From the NCBI GenBank assembly GCA_003344405.1, contig NOWV01000022.1:1-64000 (forward strand): a stretch of 64,000 nucleotides of DNA. The letters are read 5' to 3'. Numbering within the stretch: the first letter of the stretch is position 1; each line of letters opens with the position of its first letter. Origin of the DNA: Trichoplax sp. H2 (lineage: Eukaryota). A program made the translations under genes and the position numbers. Of this stretch, positions 30,001 to 41,800 are shown one piece after another. The notes below the pieces were generated by a model. That model had not been told where the DNA came from. It worked only from the letters and a program-made list of their open reading frames with translations, and did no database searches.

Positions 30001-30194
30001 TAGACTGAGACCAATTATAAATTATAACTATAATTATCAACGTGACGATTCATTAATCAAGCATATCATTTCGACTTTGCTAATTCACAGATCAACGTTA
30101 ATGCATGACTAACGGTAAGAATAATGCCTAACCACTATAAAATTGTATAATTAAGTTATTACAAGAATGTTAATATACCTGAGGCGTTAGCCAT
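1..30194 (-). CDS. MACF1/DST-like: Giant spectraplakin (MACF1/dystonin/Short stop family); multi-exon, 3' end outside the window
   Basis: Spliced translation gives CH1-CH2 (RRVFTNWINFHL; AQKAILLWCRKATEGYPGIDIVDFNCSWRSGHALAAIVH), a plakin domain (LLDFVRNIQNELTWLERKEKIEIGRDWS), a plakin SH3 (VPSLCFLI), then dozens of ~107-aa spectrin repeats, mostly on phase-0 exons of ~320 nt. Exon 1-860 is open to the window edge. The start is tentative: ATG at 30194 (MANAS, phase-1 donor at 30178) fits the phase-1 acceptor at 28258. Confidence 0.9.
5428..12618 (-). CDS. Giant 7,191-nt internal exon (2,397 codons, about 22 spectrin repeats), phase 0-0
   Basis: Acceptor cttag|GAT at 12618, donor CAG|gtaagt at 5428, uninterrupted frame (ORF track 5404..12600). 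Confidence 0.9.
13177..14781 (-). CDS. 1,605-nt spectrin-repeat exon of the spectraplakin, phase 0-0
   Basis: Acceptor ccttag|GAT at 14781, donor AAA|gtaagt at 13177; 535 codons, about 5 repeats. Confidence 0.85.
16600..17502 (-). CDS. Exon encoding an acidic low-complexity insert in the spectraplakin
   Basis: Acceptor aatag|CTT at 17502, donor TTA|gtaagt at 16600; 301 codons rich in D/E/P (EVDVDDDDDIAIEIDE). Confidence 0.8.
22696..24423 (-). other. Exons encoding the plakin domain including its SH3
   Basis: YGIDRIDIQNYVLEHQILH; NELTWLERKEKIEIGRDWS. SH3 exons 23002-23151 (VLPLHFRK...PIRTICSYHDGQ), 22855-22917 (NEYILLDKSDHTKWT) and 22696-22787 (ELRVPSLCFLIECQCPEAIESASR) follow the plakin pattern PLKPR..P..A.CDY / L.DNS...W / VPSVCF.IPPP..EA. 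Confidence 0.85.
26306..28258 (-). other. Exons encoding the tandem calponin-homology actin-binding domain
   Basis: Eight small exons, e.g. 28191-28258 SGQIISVRRRVFTNWINFHLRN; LEDLFTDGTSLVSLLQVL; DEIENGNIEHMLSLIWLLITHFH; SWRSGHALAAIVHGFRP; KPDDKCILLYIS. These match spectrin-family CH1/CH2 motifs. Confidence 0.9.
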
Positions 30195-32387
30195 TGCTCT
30201 TAATATACTTTTCTGAGCTAATTAATTAATCGATAAATTGAAGATCGTTTATCCGCTTCTTTCCTAGAACGAAATTGATAGAAATCTATTAAAATGTCGT
30301 TACCCCAAAAAAAAATTTCGAATTGGATTTTGATACGACAAGGGACACGAGTTAGTAAAATAAGCTTCAATAAATGGAGAATAATCCTTAAGAAAACAAA
30401 CACTTCATTACAGAAATAGAAATGATGTAAAAATCAATCAATGCACACTTCCAATAGTACTGAAAGATAATCCAAAGTACAGTACTGTATGCTATTAATT
30501 AATTATACTGTATATATATATAAGGAGTTCAATTTGATGAAACATCTAAATGTTAATAGACATATTTCATGCAAATGATATTTCCGTAAGCCGCGATCGC
30601 TCGTTCATCCACTTGGTACTGTATTAAAGTAGAAAGGTCGAGAAAGCAGCGGCATTTCTGTAAACAACAACTACCGTAGAGAAAACAAAAGCCTCCCTCT
30701 AAGTTTTCATGATCATGTAACTCAATGAACGCTTGTGTAAAGAACGGAGGTGGCTATTGTACATCAACGACGCTTGCAAATGCTTTGATACAGTGATCAA
30801 ATTAAAGGTTAGTGAATCTGCTTTTCTTTATTCTCCTAATCATACAAAAAATTTTGCTGCATTATCAAGTGTACACTGTACAGTAATGCGATCGATGGTT
30901 AAAGCCGGCATAATCATTTTACTCGTTCAGGCAACATGCTGAGCAAAACAGATGTGTTTGTATGCATTGGCCCTTTCTTGACATTCATCTTAGGATTTCA
31001 TAATACAATTATACGAGTTTGTCTGATTTGGGTTTGATTTTTACGCATGCAAAATGCTAAAAATACTAATCAACATTTTGACAATCCAGCATGCGTCTTA
31101 ACGATCTTTCTAGTGAATCAACTCTACGTTGACATCTTCAAAGTACGTGTAGATTAATCAATTCATTACACCCATCTCTATCTGATGTCTACATTGTACG
31201 AGTATATAGAAATGTAGGTGAACTTGACTCAATTTACAGGAAGACTTGAGTTAGCCATCGCGCCATCAACCTATCACTAGGAAATTTCTACACGATGGCC
31301 TCACGTTTTAACTGATATATATATACATTATACAGTATACTGTCCTATTATGATTTCTCGTCTACGTGTATTCATGTACAAGCATTGTAGAATAGTTTAC
31401 TAATTGATGGACATTTTCAAGTAATTACAATAGTCCACGATGTTCACATTTGCTTTCCAATTCTGGCGATATCGTGTGCAAGCACTGTTCACATCTAGCA
31501 GTAAGCTCATCATCAGCCTAATATACTGTACAGTGTACATACAGTAAGGGAAATTTTTAAGCGACTACACCTGTCTATGATAGTATGATGCCTCTGTACT
31601 TTTAATTTCTTTACTATTTACTATACATTGAGTAATAACCCTTGGTATCCAGTAGTTTATCACCAGCGTAGTATACGATAGTAAAGTAGCGTCTAGCCAT
31701 GAGGTTGAATACTAATTTACTTCCTACACTATCAATATTCATACAAAAAGCATGATTAAGGTAATAAACTACTAACCTTCAGTAAAAGCATGGGACCCAT
31801 TCAATCCTATTATCAATCCTAATATTAGGATTTCGTAGTAGGATGGAATAGGCTATACAGTACAGTATACCAAAAGCGAACAACGCTATGTGTCAAGCGT
31901 TACTTGCATTTTTTACAACAATTATTACTATCTCTAGCGATTCTGATAGCGATAAATTAATTATCCGATCGTCTTCATGACAATCCTATCCTACTTTGTA
32001 CCTTACCAAATGGAGCAGTGGCAGTCTATGATCGCCTATCGGTAAATAAGCAATCGTTATAAATGATTGGATTGATGTGTATTTCCTAGGCCAAGTCCAG
32101 CACCACGAGCCAAACTAGACGTCAAATGAGTGGAACACGTTCTACAATCTACAGTACTTTGGAGTAGACCGTTAGCAGGATGAATCCAATTTTTTTTTCC
32201 TTTATCTTCTAAATGGCGATTGTTAATTTATTGAAACAAGTCAAAAAAAAATATCTTGTGATATTGTAGAAGGCTAACAGTAATCTGTTTAACGGGAAAA
32301 TTCAATTTACTAATTTGATTGAAATCAGAATGAAAATGATCATCAATTAAAATGCTACGCCGCTTTCGCTGAGCCGATAACAAATCA

Positions 32388-33830
32388 GTACAGTCACAGT
32401 ACTGTACTGTACTAATAAATCAATCAATTATAACGAACGAACAAGTCAATCTTTGTACATGTACGTTGTTTGTTGTACAGCACTCCCGGTATACAGTACA
32501 GTACTGTAAACTGACTACGGTCTATCGTACCCTAAGCTACTTCTTGATAGCGTGACCGTTAACCGTTAATAAAGCAGCGGCGTCTTGATGATCATTGTAC
32601 AGTACTGTACTGTACAGTGAGTGTACACTGTACAGTACACTATATCCAGTACAGTACAGTACAGTACAGTACGTACAGTATATTTTACTGAATATACAGT
32701 ACAGTACAGTATACAGTACAGTACAGTACAGTATACTGTACTGTACAGTACAATGAGTGTAGTGTACAGTACATGTGTAAGATTACATGATTGATAAACA
32801 TTGCAAATGATACCGTTAAGCCCTCCAGGCTGCAGCCTATAGGCAGATACAGTACTGTACTGTACACTAGCGGTACAGTACATTGTGGTACATTGCGGTA
32901 CAGTTCTGTACTTACTGTAATTATTGGCATCTCATCCAGGAACGCTCAAAACTTCACGCATGCTTGATTTTAGGACATTATTGATGCACTGCATGCTGTG
33001 TATACCGTACTGTATGTGTTCGGTAGACCTAAACATTTCCCTCGAGAAATGAAATGACTGGATCTAGAGTCCGATTTTATTTCTTAATTGATTGACTGGC
33101 CAAACTCGTTTCACGGATAACGCGATTTTAAGTGAATAAGCATTAATAAGATTTGATTTTGCGTGACAGACGGAACGGTGATCGGATAATTAGATATCAA
33201 ACCAAACTACCGTACACTGTACAGTACAGTAATAGCTACAGTATAATACATACAGTACAGTAGAAGAACAGTAATAATGATTTACTGTACAGTACAGTAC
33301 AGTACTGTACTGTACTGTAGAATAGAATTAATAAAATTTGATTTTGGGTGCCAGACGGAAGCGTGGTCGGATAATTAGACATCAAACCAAACTACAGTAC
33401 AGTAAACAGCAGTGTGCTGTAGTGTACTGTACTGTACAGTGTACTGGAAGACAATAATGACATAGTGTACAGTATACGCATACGCGTATGGGCAACAGCA
33501 ATAATGTTGTTCAGCCTAATAAGCATTAAAATTTGATTCAGGGTGGCAGACGGAAGGGTGGTCGGATAATTAGATATCAAAACAAACTACAGTACAGTAC
33601 TGTACAGTAACCAGCACTGTACTCTTATCTAAGGGTCTCTAGTAAACAGCATATACTGTTTTTCTAAGATAATAGCTATACTGTACTGTATACTGGAAGA
33701 CATAATAATAATTATTAAATCTTCAAATCATATGGTACTTGCTGCACAATACTTGTAGCACAACTGTAATAAATTAGGCACAAAAACTAATACAAACGAT
33801 AATAATTAAATTCTGACCTACTGTACTGTA
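32388..33830. repeat. (CAGTA/TACTG)n pentamer-derived simple repeat with orientation switches
   Basis: Dense runs, e.g. 32596-32772 cagtacagtacagta..., with palindromic junctions tacagtactgta. Confidence 0.9.
33151..33590. repeat. Three spaced copies of a 60-bp unit (33151-33210, 33336-33395, 33531-33590)
   Basis: Approximate consensus ATTTGATTTTGGGTGNCAGACGGAAGGGTGGTCGGATAATTAGATATCAAACCAAACTAC; periods 185 and 195 bp. Confidence 0.9.
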
Positions 33831-34376
33831 GTAAAAATCTCCTTTTCACAGGCTTTACTTTCGAGATAATGATATGAAAACACATTTGCAAATGAGCTCA
33901 ATTCATTATTCATCTCGCCAAGATATTGCCTGAATACCGTATAGTATCACATCAAAAATTGATAAAACTGTCTATTAGAGCTGTCCAGAATACTCTACTG
34001 CCCACGTAGACTGCAGAAACTTCTAAAACAGAGAAACCGATAGAGGGTTATTAGCAGCTGTACGAAAATGTCGAGGCCTATTTCATCCGATCAGCGCATG
34101 TACATTGTAGTGAACAGTACCATTTACTTTTTCCTACATTATTCTATGGACCTTTAGGTTTTTTTCTAGTAGTCCACAGTCTATGGTAAAACCATAGCTA
34201 TATAGTAGAAACCCTGAATCATAACTACATACACGCATCAACCACAGTAAACCAACAGCGAGGGTTGCGATTCAATTGCGCCAATTTAAACATCTTAAAA
34301 CACATGTTTATTTCATATTATAAACGGCAAGGTATCTAATTAATAAAAATTTATCCCCAGATTATACAAAACAGGA

Positions 34377-35973
34377 TTAGAAAACACCCTGTAGTAATTC
34401 CTGAGTTATAGCTCTAGCGTAGATTCTTAGTATTCGAAATAAAAGGACAAAGTCCTGCGTCCCAAATATAGTGTCCGATAGAGCAAATCCTAAGGTGGAA
34501 GGAATAAACCCACGACCATATTCTACCATCCAAGTATTCGGACTCCATTGTACTGCAGTGACTTCACCTATCTCATGTATAACTGTTGTCCCTGGACGAT
34601 GAACATTGCTGAACGTCGTACCTTCCTTCCATTGACGAAATGATCCGCTCAGAATAGTATCGGATATCGTAGCCCAATAACGACCTGCAAAGACAGAAAA
34701 AATTAATGTGCTGACCGGTAATTTTACAATATTGTCATTACAACTTCTTTATATCGGCTAACATTCAATCAATCATAAATCTATCCAGTGTCTCAGTGTG
34801 CCTTATAGCTACCACTGTATGACAAAATTTAAAAACTAACGCATAACATTAGCCCTAGTTAATGGAATATACAGTACCAGAATGTCCAGATGTATCAATT
34901 GCAGTTCCAAACACCAACACATATTCAGTGATGGATGCATGCAGTAAGTAAAATGATCCCATCCAACCACCACAATTAATAAATATCCATTCAGATTCTT
35001 CTAAAATATGGCGGGGATAACGAATTTTTAGCTCTGCTGTTACGTTAGCCAATGCATCATCGATTGGCATGCCTGCGATTACAATAAGGAAATGATACAT
35101 TAATTAGTTATTAGGATAGAGGACATTGGGCGGCCATACCGTAGATCGTAAGAATAGGATTAACTGGTTACTCATTGTCAATTCTCTATTATAGTGTAAC
35201 GATGAACTTATCCATAGCTATATTAAACGTGAGTACTAACAATATAGTACGCGTAGTTATTGCAGTCAATAAAACTGATTACGGTCATAAAATAATTGTA
35301 GTATCGGTTGTTTTGTCTTTGCTACGTAAATAATACCGTATAAAACGAACAATTAAGTTAATAACTAGTCACAAGTATACAAGCTCGTACTAAAAATTAA
35401 TCCACTATATTATACGTCTACTGCTGTAGTTGATCATTACGTGGTTATTCACAACCTACAACGTATACATAAAATATTCAGTAAGCTAATCTTGTCTCGC
35501 GGAATTTACTTTTATGTCTGTCAAGACTACACGAAAGCAATATTGAATTCATTCAGAAGTTATACTGATTAGAATACTCGATAATATTATACGAGTACAT
35601 ACAGTACAATAATCAGAGTAAAATCATATGCATATGATATACATAGTGCGAAGGGACAGAGGTAATTAAATCTATAATGTAAAGTAAAAAAGTGCAAATA
35701 ATTACATTATATTATATAACATAATAATTATAAATAATAATCATAGTACGCGAAATATGATGAGCAAAGATTGGGCAGGTTTAGTGCAGCAGGTCATACA
35801 TTAGTACAGTAGCTGCATATGCGTATATAGGTACCTACGGCTTTCTTAGCGACTTCCGCTATTTCATCATGGCTAAAGAGATAGCTTTTGTTATCAAGCC
35901 ATCTTTGCGTAATGATTGCTATTGCTGCGATGGAAATAACTACTAAAAGACTTCCTTTTATAAGACCAGCCAT
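34377..35973 (-). CDS. SIGMAR1: Sigma-1 receptor (ERG2/sigma1 family), 3 exons, 213 aa
   Basis: Exons 35835-35973, 34878-35072, 34377-34684 with consistent phases. N-terminal TM helix; motifs [56 protein letters not shown]. Confidence 0.97.
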
Positions 35974-36434
35974 GATGAACCTTCACTTGGCACAATTAAA
36001 CCTAGTAAATTAAAACATTTTCAGCGATCGACCGGCACCAGCTTCGCAAGCCAAGACCTTCTTGATACGGACAGCATTACACAATGGTGCAGTTGTACAG
36101 TACAGTATGATGATAGAGGCGGAAAGAAAGAAAAACGTACAGTACAGTACTACAGTAGTCACAGTACTGTACAGTACAGTACTACAATACGTACAGTACA
36201 GTATTGCACTGTACACTGTACTGTAGCGTACAATACGATACTACTGTATTGTGATCTCTTGTAGCACTGTACACTGTACTGTAGCGTACAATACGATACT
36301 ACTGTATTGTGATCTCTTGTAGCTGTACTGTGTACAATACAGTACGGTACTATGAGTCTACTGTATGACCGTGTTACAACTTACTCGAGCCTACGGCGCT
36401 AGTTATCCACTAGGCACAGTGGAGGATTGGACAC
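35974..36434. promoter_or_regulatory. Probable bidirectional promoter between SIGMAR1 and EIF3H
   Basis: The divergent start codons are only 461 bp apart, and the interval is filled with CAGTA/TACTG repeats. Confidence 0.65.
36206..36323. repeat. Perfect 58-bp tandem duplication
   Basis: gcactgtacactgtactgtagcgtacaatacgatactactgtattgtgatctcttgta starts at 36206 and again at 36264. Confidence 0.92.
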
Positions 36435-38755
36435 ATGGCGGATTACAAGATGAGCAGGGCTGAAATTGATGTCCCCATCAAGAAAGTCTCGATAGATGGC
36501 CAAGTAAGTCTTTATCATACCATAGCACGTACTTCTCGATTGTGAGGAAGTTGAGAATGAACTATATTCTCAATTTGTGATGGACCCGTAATTAAAGTAA
36601 ATCAAGTCTTCAACTCCTTAATCCTAAAACGATCCAGTAATTAGTACTCGCTCAACAGCTTCTATACTCTTATTGAAATTTCAATTGTACATGAATATTT
36701 TCATGTACTTCTTTCTAGTATATATCGACTCCTTTCACAGAAAAATTTTAACTTTTTATCTTCGATAACTTGGAATACAAAAATAGAAACAATACAATTT
36801 TAGTACTCTGCTCCAAGTGGTTAATTAGGAAAAATTATCGTAACCGATCATACACGTAAACTGGATGCGCATACTTTACCGTACCATGATCACTATCAGA
36901 TGAAGCAAGAGAATAATTAACTACCCTTTACTTGGTGCATCAAATATAACCAATATGTATATATCAATGTACAAATAGAAAGCGTACTTCCATCTTTTTT
37001 CCTTTCTCATTGCTGAGTCGATCTATTCTGTGTGTCAATGACGTACTGGTGAGTGTTATAGTGTAGTAGACTTCGGATCAACTTGACCCGAGAATTCTTC
37101 TAATAAAGTATGCTATCACCTATAGTGCGAATACTCGATACATCTTGTGTCGTAGTTCTATTGAGTGCTGTATTTCTAAAACATGAAACACTATTCTTAA
37201 ATTTTACACTAAATTGACCAACGGTCAATATCATTGTGTCATCGATGACAAATCTTAACTGTCATTACAGTAATCCTCTATTGAATGTATTGCAAAATAC
37301 GTATATTGAAGCACAACTCACTTCGATTATTTGTAGTGTTAATTATTAATCCGTATTACCAATAGGTAATCTTACAAATTATCAGACACTGCCAGAGTGA
37401 GCGAGATAGCACTGATTTGGCACAAGGTGTCTTGCTTGGCATGCTGGTCGATAATTGTACAGAAGTCACCTACTGTTTTCCATTCCCGGAATTTACCGAA
37501 GCAGATACTGATAACGGTAAGAGAATATATCAATAGAAAATAAAATTGATGGTACTATGTAGTTAACTTACCATGATGTTCTTATTCTATATCCCTATAG
37601 ACATTGAAATGTATCAACTGGATATGATGAAGTATTTACGATCTATAAATATGGATCACATGCAAGTCGGATGGTACAGAGCTAGTCCTTTCGATTTAAA
37701 TGTCATCAAAGACATGTTGGACTCCCAATATACGTACCAAAAACAAATCCATGAATCTGTTGGTCTACTATTCGGTACAAAATCCCTACTATGATCGTTT
37801 GTTTGATTGTTTTATTAGTAACGATAATAATCCAACATATTGTATTGTACAGTACATGCCCAATGTAATTCGGTTATAGCAATGGAGTAATAATCCTATC
37901 CTTTCAATTGACTATGGTTTATCCTCACTATTAAAATGTTCATAGATCCAATTAAAGCAGCTCAAGGTAACTTATCCATGAAAGCTTATAGATTATCTTC
38001 CAAAGTCATGGAAATGTACGGTCAAGGAAGTACCGAATTTACCGTAAACAGGTGAATTTGATGATATCAGTTAAGGCAGGAAAGTACCATCGCTATTTGT
38101 AACATCCACACTTTATAAATTTACATAGTATATTAGCAGCTGGCCTGAGTTACGAAAATATATTTGAGGAAATTCCTGTAGAAATTCGAAACTCTAGCTT
38201 ATGCAACGTGTATTTGGCGCAACTAAAACTGAATCACTCGTCAGCACCCACAAGCTACTTGACTCTAGGAACAGAGTACGTAAAATACGTAATATTGTCA
38301 TAGACATGGTATATATATTGATCATTCAATAATATTCTTTACTGATATCATCCTTTGTAGCTCACATTTGGAAAAGTCCCTACGATTGCTTTCGGAAAGC
38401 CTAGACGAATTACATCAAGAAGCTGGAAAATTATCAGTATACCATAAGACACTAAGGATGCACCATCAAAAGCAGCAGTCTTTACTGAAAAAGGTGAATT
38501 AATAATACTACTGATTACAGTTGCTTTCTGAGATCTTATATTGACTATTTTCAAATTTCCTAGCGAGGAGATAATGCAAAGGCACGTGATGATGACGACT
38601 CAAAACAGAATCGACCCCCTCCAGCTCCTTATCGACTAGATAATCTTTTGGTTGCCAACCAAACGAATAAATTTTGCCAAGAATTGAATCAGTATGTTTC
38701 ACAGAGCTTCAGCAAACTATTTCTAGCAGAAGCTCTTGAAAATAATGAAAGTTAG
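36435..38755 (+). CDS. EIF3H: Eukaryotic translation initiation factor 3 subunit H, 7 exons, 323 aa
   Basis: Exons 36435-36503, 37366-37516, 37601-37774, 37946-38051, 38129-38275, 38361-38493, 38564-38755 with consistent phases. Motifs IDGQVILQIIRHC, QGVLLG, EVTYCFPFP, DHMQVGWY, DPIKAAQGNLSMKAYRL, IFEEIPVEIRNS, QSFSKLFLAEAL. Confidence 0.96.
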
Positions 38756-38831
38756 GCTAAAAAAACGTCCTTCAAAATAATACCACACTATGTGTTATAT
38801 ATATATATATATACTATCGTAGTTGTTTATC

Positions 38832-38837
38832 AATAAA
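38832..38837 (+). terminator. Candidate polyadenylation signal of EIF3H
   Basis: AATAAA 77 nt after the stop codon. Confidence 0.5.
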
Positions 38838-41800
38838 AACCTATTCCAAGTAATGTGTATCATGCGGTATTTTATGTTGTTGCTAAAAATAATTACGCGT
38901 CGAAAATAGTTAATTCGGGGATAACTATCTAAACAGCGATTAGGTAATGACATTTTAGTTAAGTTGATATCAGTATCAGCTACAAGTCACTCTTTTCGAA
39001 CTTGAGATAATCATTTAATAGGCATACAAGAAATTTTTAAAAGCATAGGATTACCACAATCTGCATCTTTATTTTCTGGATGAATGGGATACTACCATCC
39101 AACATAAATAAATATTAAATTTACTATAAATTTAAAAAGTGTACTGCTGTGTACTTCGATACCTGTAACATCAGGAATAATCCTAACGCCATAACGTATA
39201 TCCTTATACACACAAAACTCTAGATCGCTAATTTTTGAAATGATTATAATATACACGAAATATATTTATTGAGAACTTTGACTAGAAACCAACACATTAG
39301 TTAGATATCTATCGGCAACAACAAGAATAATTATCAAGTTTGTAGTTGTCGCACCACTTAAAGATTTTATCATTCTTAGCCTCCGTAATTGACGGCAAAC
39401 TGTGGGTATATCCTGACATTTTTGCACATAAGATTTAATAATTTTAAAAATGAATGAAAAGCCTATTACTTGACTTATTTTTCTCAAAAACTCCATTCAA
39501 TAGAATGAAGGAAACCTACGGGCGAAAGATTGCCAAACTATAAAAGATTTCACGGTCAATAAGCTTGATTCTCATTTATTTTGATCGTCAGCCTGATAAA
39601 TATATATATGATACAGTAAAGCATTAGTATCTAAAATTTAATAACCTTTCCCAACTCATGAAAGCAATCTAAGAGCTTATACCAAAATAACATTACTCAC
39701 CACCAATTTCAGCGGTTTAATTGGAAATAGTTCATACTTGAGATATCGCATCAAACATCAGATTTAATTTTATTAGACTGGAGTGCATTTCTTTTATGAA
39801 TGAAAGATCATATCATAAAAAGTATTTGCAGGACAGCTTACCAAAAATTAAATAGTAAACGTATAATCAAGTAGGTAAATAATAACAGCTACACATATAC
39901 TCTCATCATACTAATGATAAAATAAAAATTACATAGAAATGTAGAGCATAGCTGGAATAGATTATTAAGCAATAAGTGAGGATATAAAAATGGTTGTTAC
40001 GCAGCAAATATTAAGTGTAGAACGACTCCATAAATAAATATGTATAGGAAGAGTATAAGATAAATATATTTACACGAATTAAGAGAATAGTCTCGCGCCT
40101 AGAGTAAAATTAGGTTATCCATTTAATGTAGAGCCATTGGCTGAAGAATAGGTCACGACTATGAGAGGGGATACCTGGATGGACGAGCGAATCTCATACT
40201 GAAGCTTAGAGTCGTGTCTACGAAAATAGTACAGTTAGACTAGCTATCGGACTTACTGCTGTACTTAAAAAGTATTCTAAATTTTTTACATTGTAATAAA
40301 CTGATTTTAACCTATACACTTCTTGGCCTTCTTATAGTTATCGGTAATTACCAAAAAGTGGAAGTATAGTTTGGAATTAGCTTGTTACAATAAAGTAATT
40401 GCGATAACTTATTACCTAACTACGTTATCTTCTTCAGTTTATTCAGGAAGATTTTATGCTGTATTTTACTAAGAGTATCTTTACTAGTAAGTAAATATCT
40501 ATCTAGGACTCGGTTTTACTCTACCGCATGCAAACCGAAATAGGCAAAATTTATTAAATCGGCGATAAAGAAACTATTCTATCATTCGCATCCAAATTTG
40601 TCTTAGAAAATATAATTCGAAGTAATTTCTAAACAGTATTTCGCTTGAAAATTTTTTAAAGCGATGTAAATAGGACTTTATTACATTACTTTAAAATCAA
40701 TCTCAAAAGCAGTACTACTGCACTTACCATTTAAGCACGTATTCTTATTATGCTCTATCTATCACAATTTGGTTAAAATCTTAAAGTAGCCTGGCCCATG
40801 TTTCAAAAGCATCCGATGATTAAAATTCTCTACAAAATTATTCCTGAGTACAATAGTTCATGCATAGATGACTATCAAACTCTATTCCCTGCGTCAAAAT
40901 TAGAATAAGTACAGTATATTGACGGCTAACACTATGAAAGGGGTTGCTTACTATATCATAGCAGATTTAAGCTATTGGTCATCAGTGTAATTAAATTATT
41001 CAATTTTTTAGCTAATTTTTATTACCGATGTCATTAATAGACCTTTTACAGTAGACGATGCATACTTTATCTTGATGTGCACATTTTCTTTATTGCCCTA
41101 ACAATTTTGGTACCAAAAGTGAAGTAAACCCTTTGTATCGCACGATGGATTAGTCTTCTATTAAAGCCTACTAGCGGGCTCTAAGTTATCAATTGTGTTT
41201 GAATCTGGTATGGAAGAAAAAATAGCACTGATATCAGGCTCCTTTTAGGTCTGAATAGCTAAAATTTAAAGAAATGGATCCTTATTATCTAATTTAACAG
41301 ATTTGAACAAATTACACGGAATAGCTTTTTTCTGTACCGATAGAAAGAAATTGACGGATCTAATTAATTAATATAGAATTAAACGTCTAGAAATATGCAA
41401 TATATCGCAATCCTATCGAGTATTAATAGTAACTATACGCAATGACAAAAGTATCATTGATGAACTGAGGTAATAACGTCGAACGATTACGTTTAATAGT
41501 TCAATTCTAATACTTTAATTTTAAAAACTAAATTTCCTCCTGGATCATAAAATTCAAGAGATAGTATTCACAATACATTATCAGATAGCAACTACATTAT
41601 ATCAATTCACTCTGTGATGCGATTTGAGGGTATTTAGGCATAATTTGGTTATTTACTAAACCATCTTACCATACAACTAATATAAGAGCTTAGTTGCTAA
41701 TACTAGAATTTCATTATTATGATGATAAACTAATGTAAGAACTTTTAGATAATGACACTTGATGGCTCAATTCTAACACATTATTTAAATCTAAATTACT

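Noticed and set aside
31977..32170. Possible tiny two-exon plus-strand ORF (MTILSYFVPYQMEQWQSMIAYR-PSPAPRAKLDVK)
   Set aside because: 48-nt intron, no recognisable homology; expected by chance.
32566..33580. Tyr/Cys/Thr/Val-rich ORFs (also 36010-36216)
   Set aside because: They are translations of the CAGTA/TACTG simple repeat.
33151..33590. CRISPR array interpretation of the spaced 60-bp repeat
   Set aside because: Eukaryotic context, no cas genes, repeats too long and diverged, and spacers are low-complexity and partly homologous.
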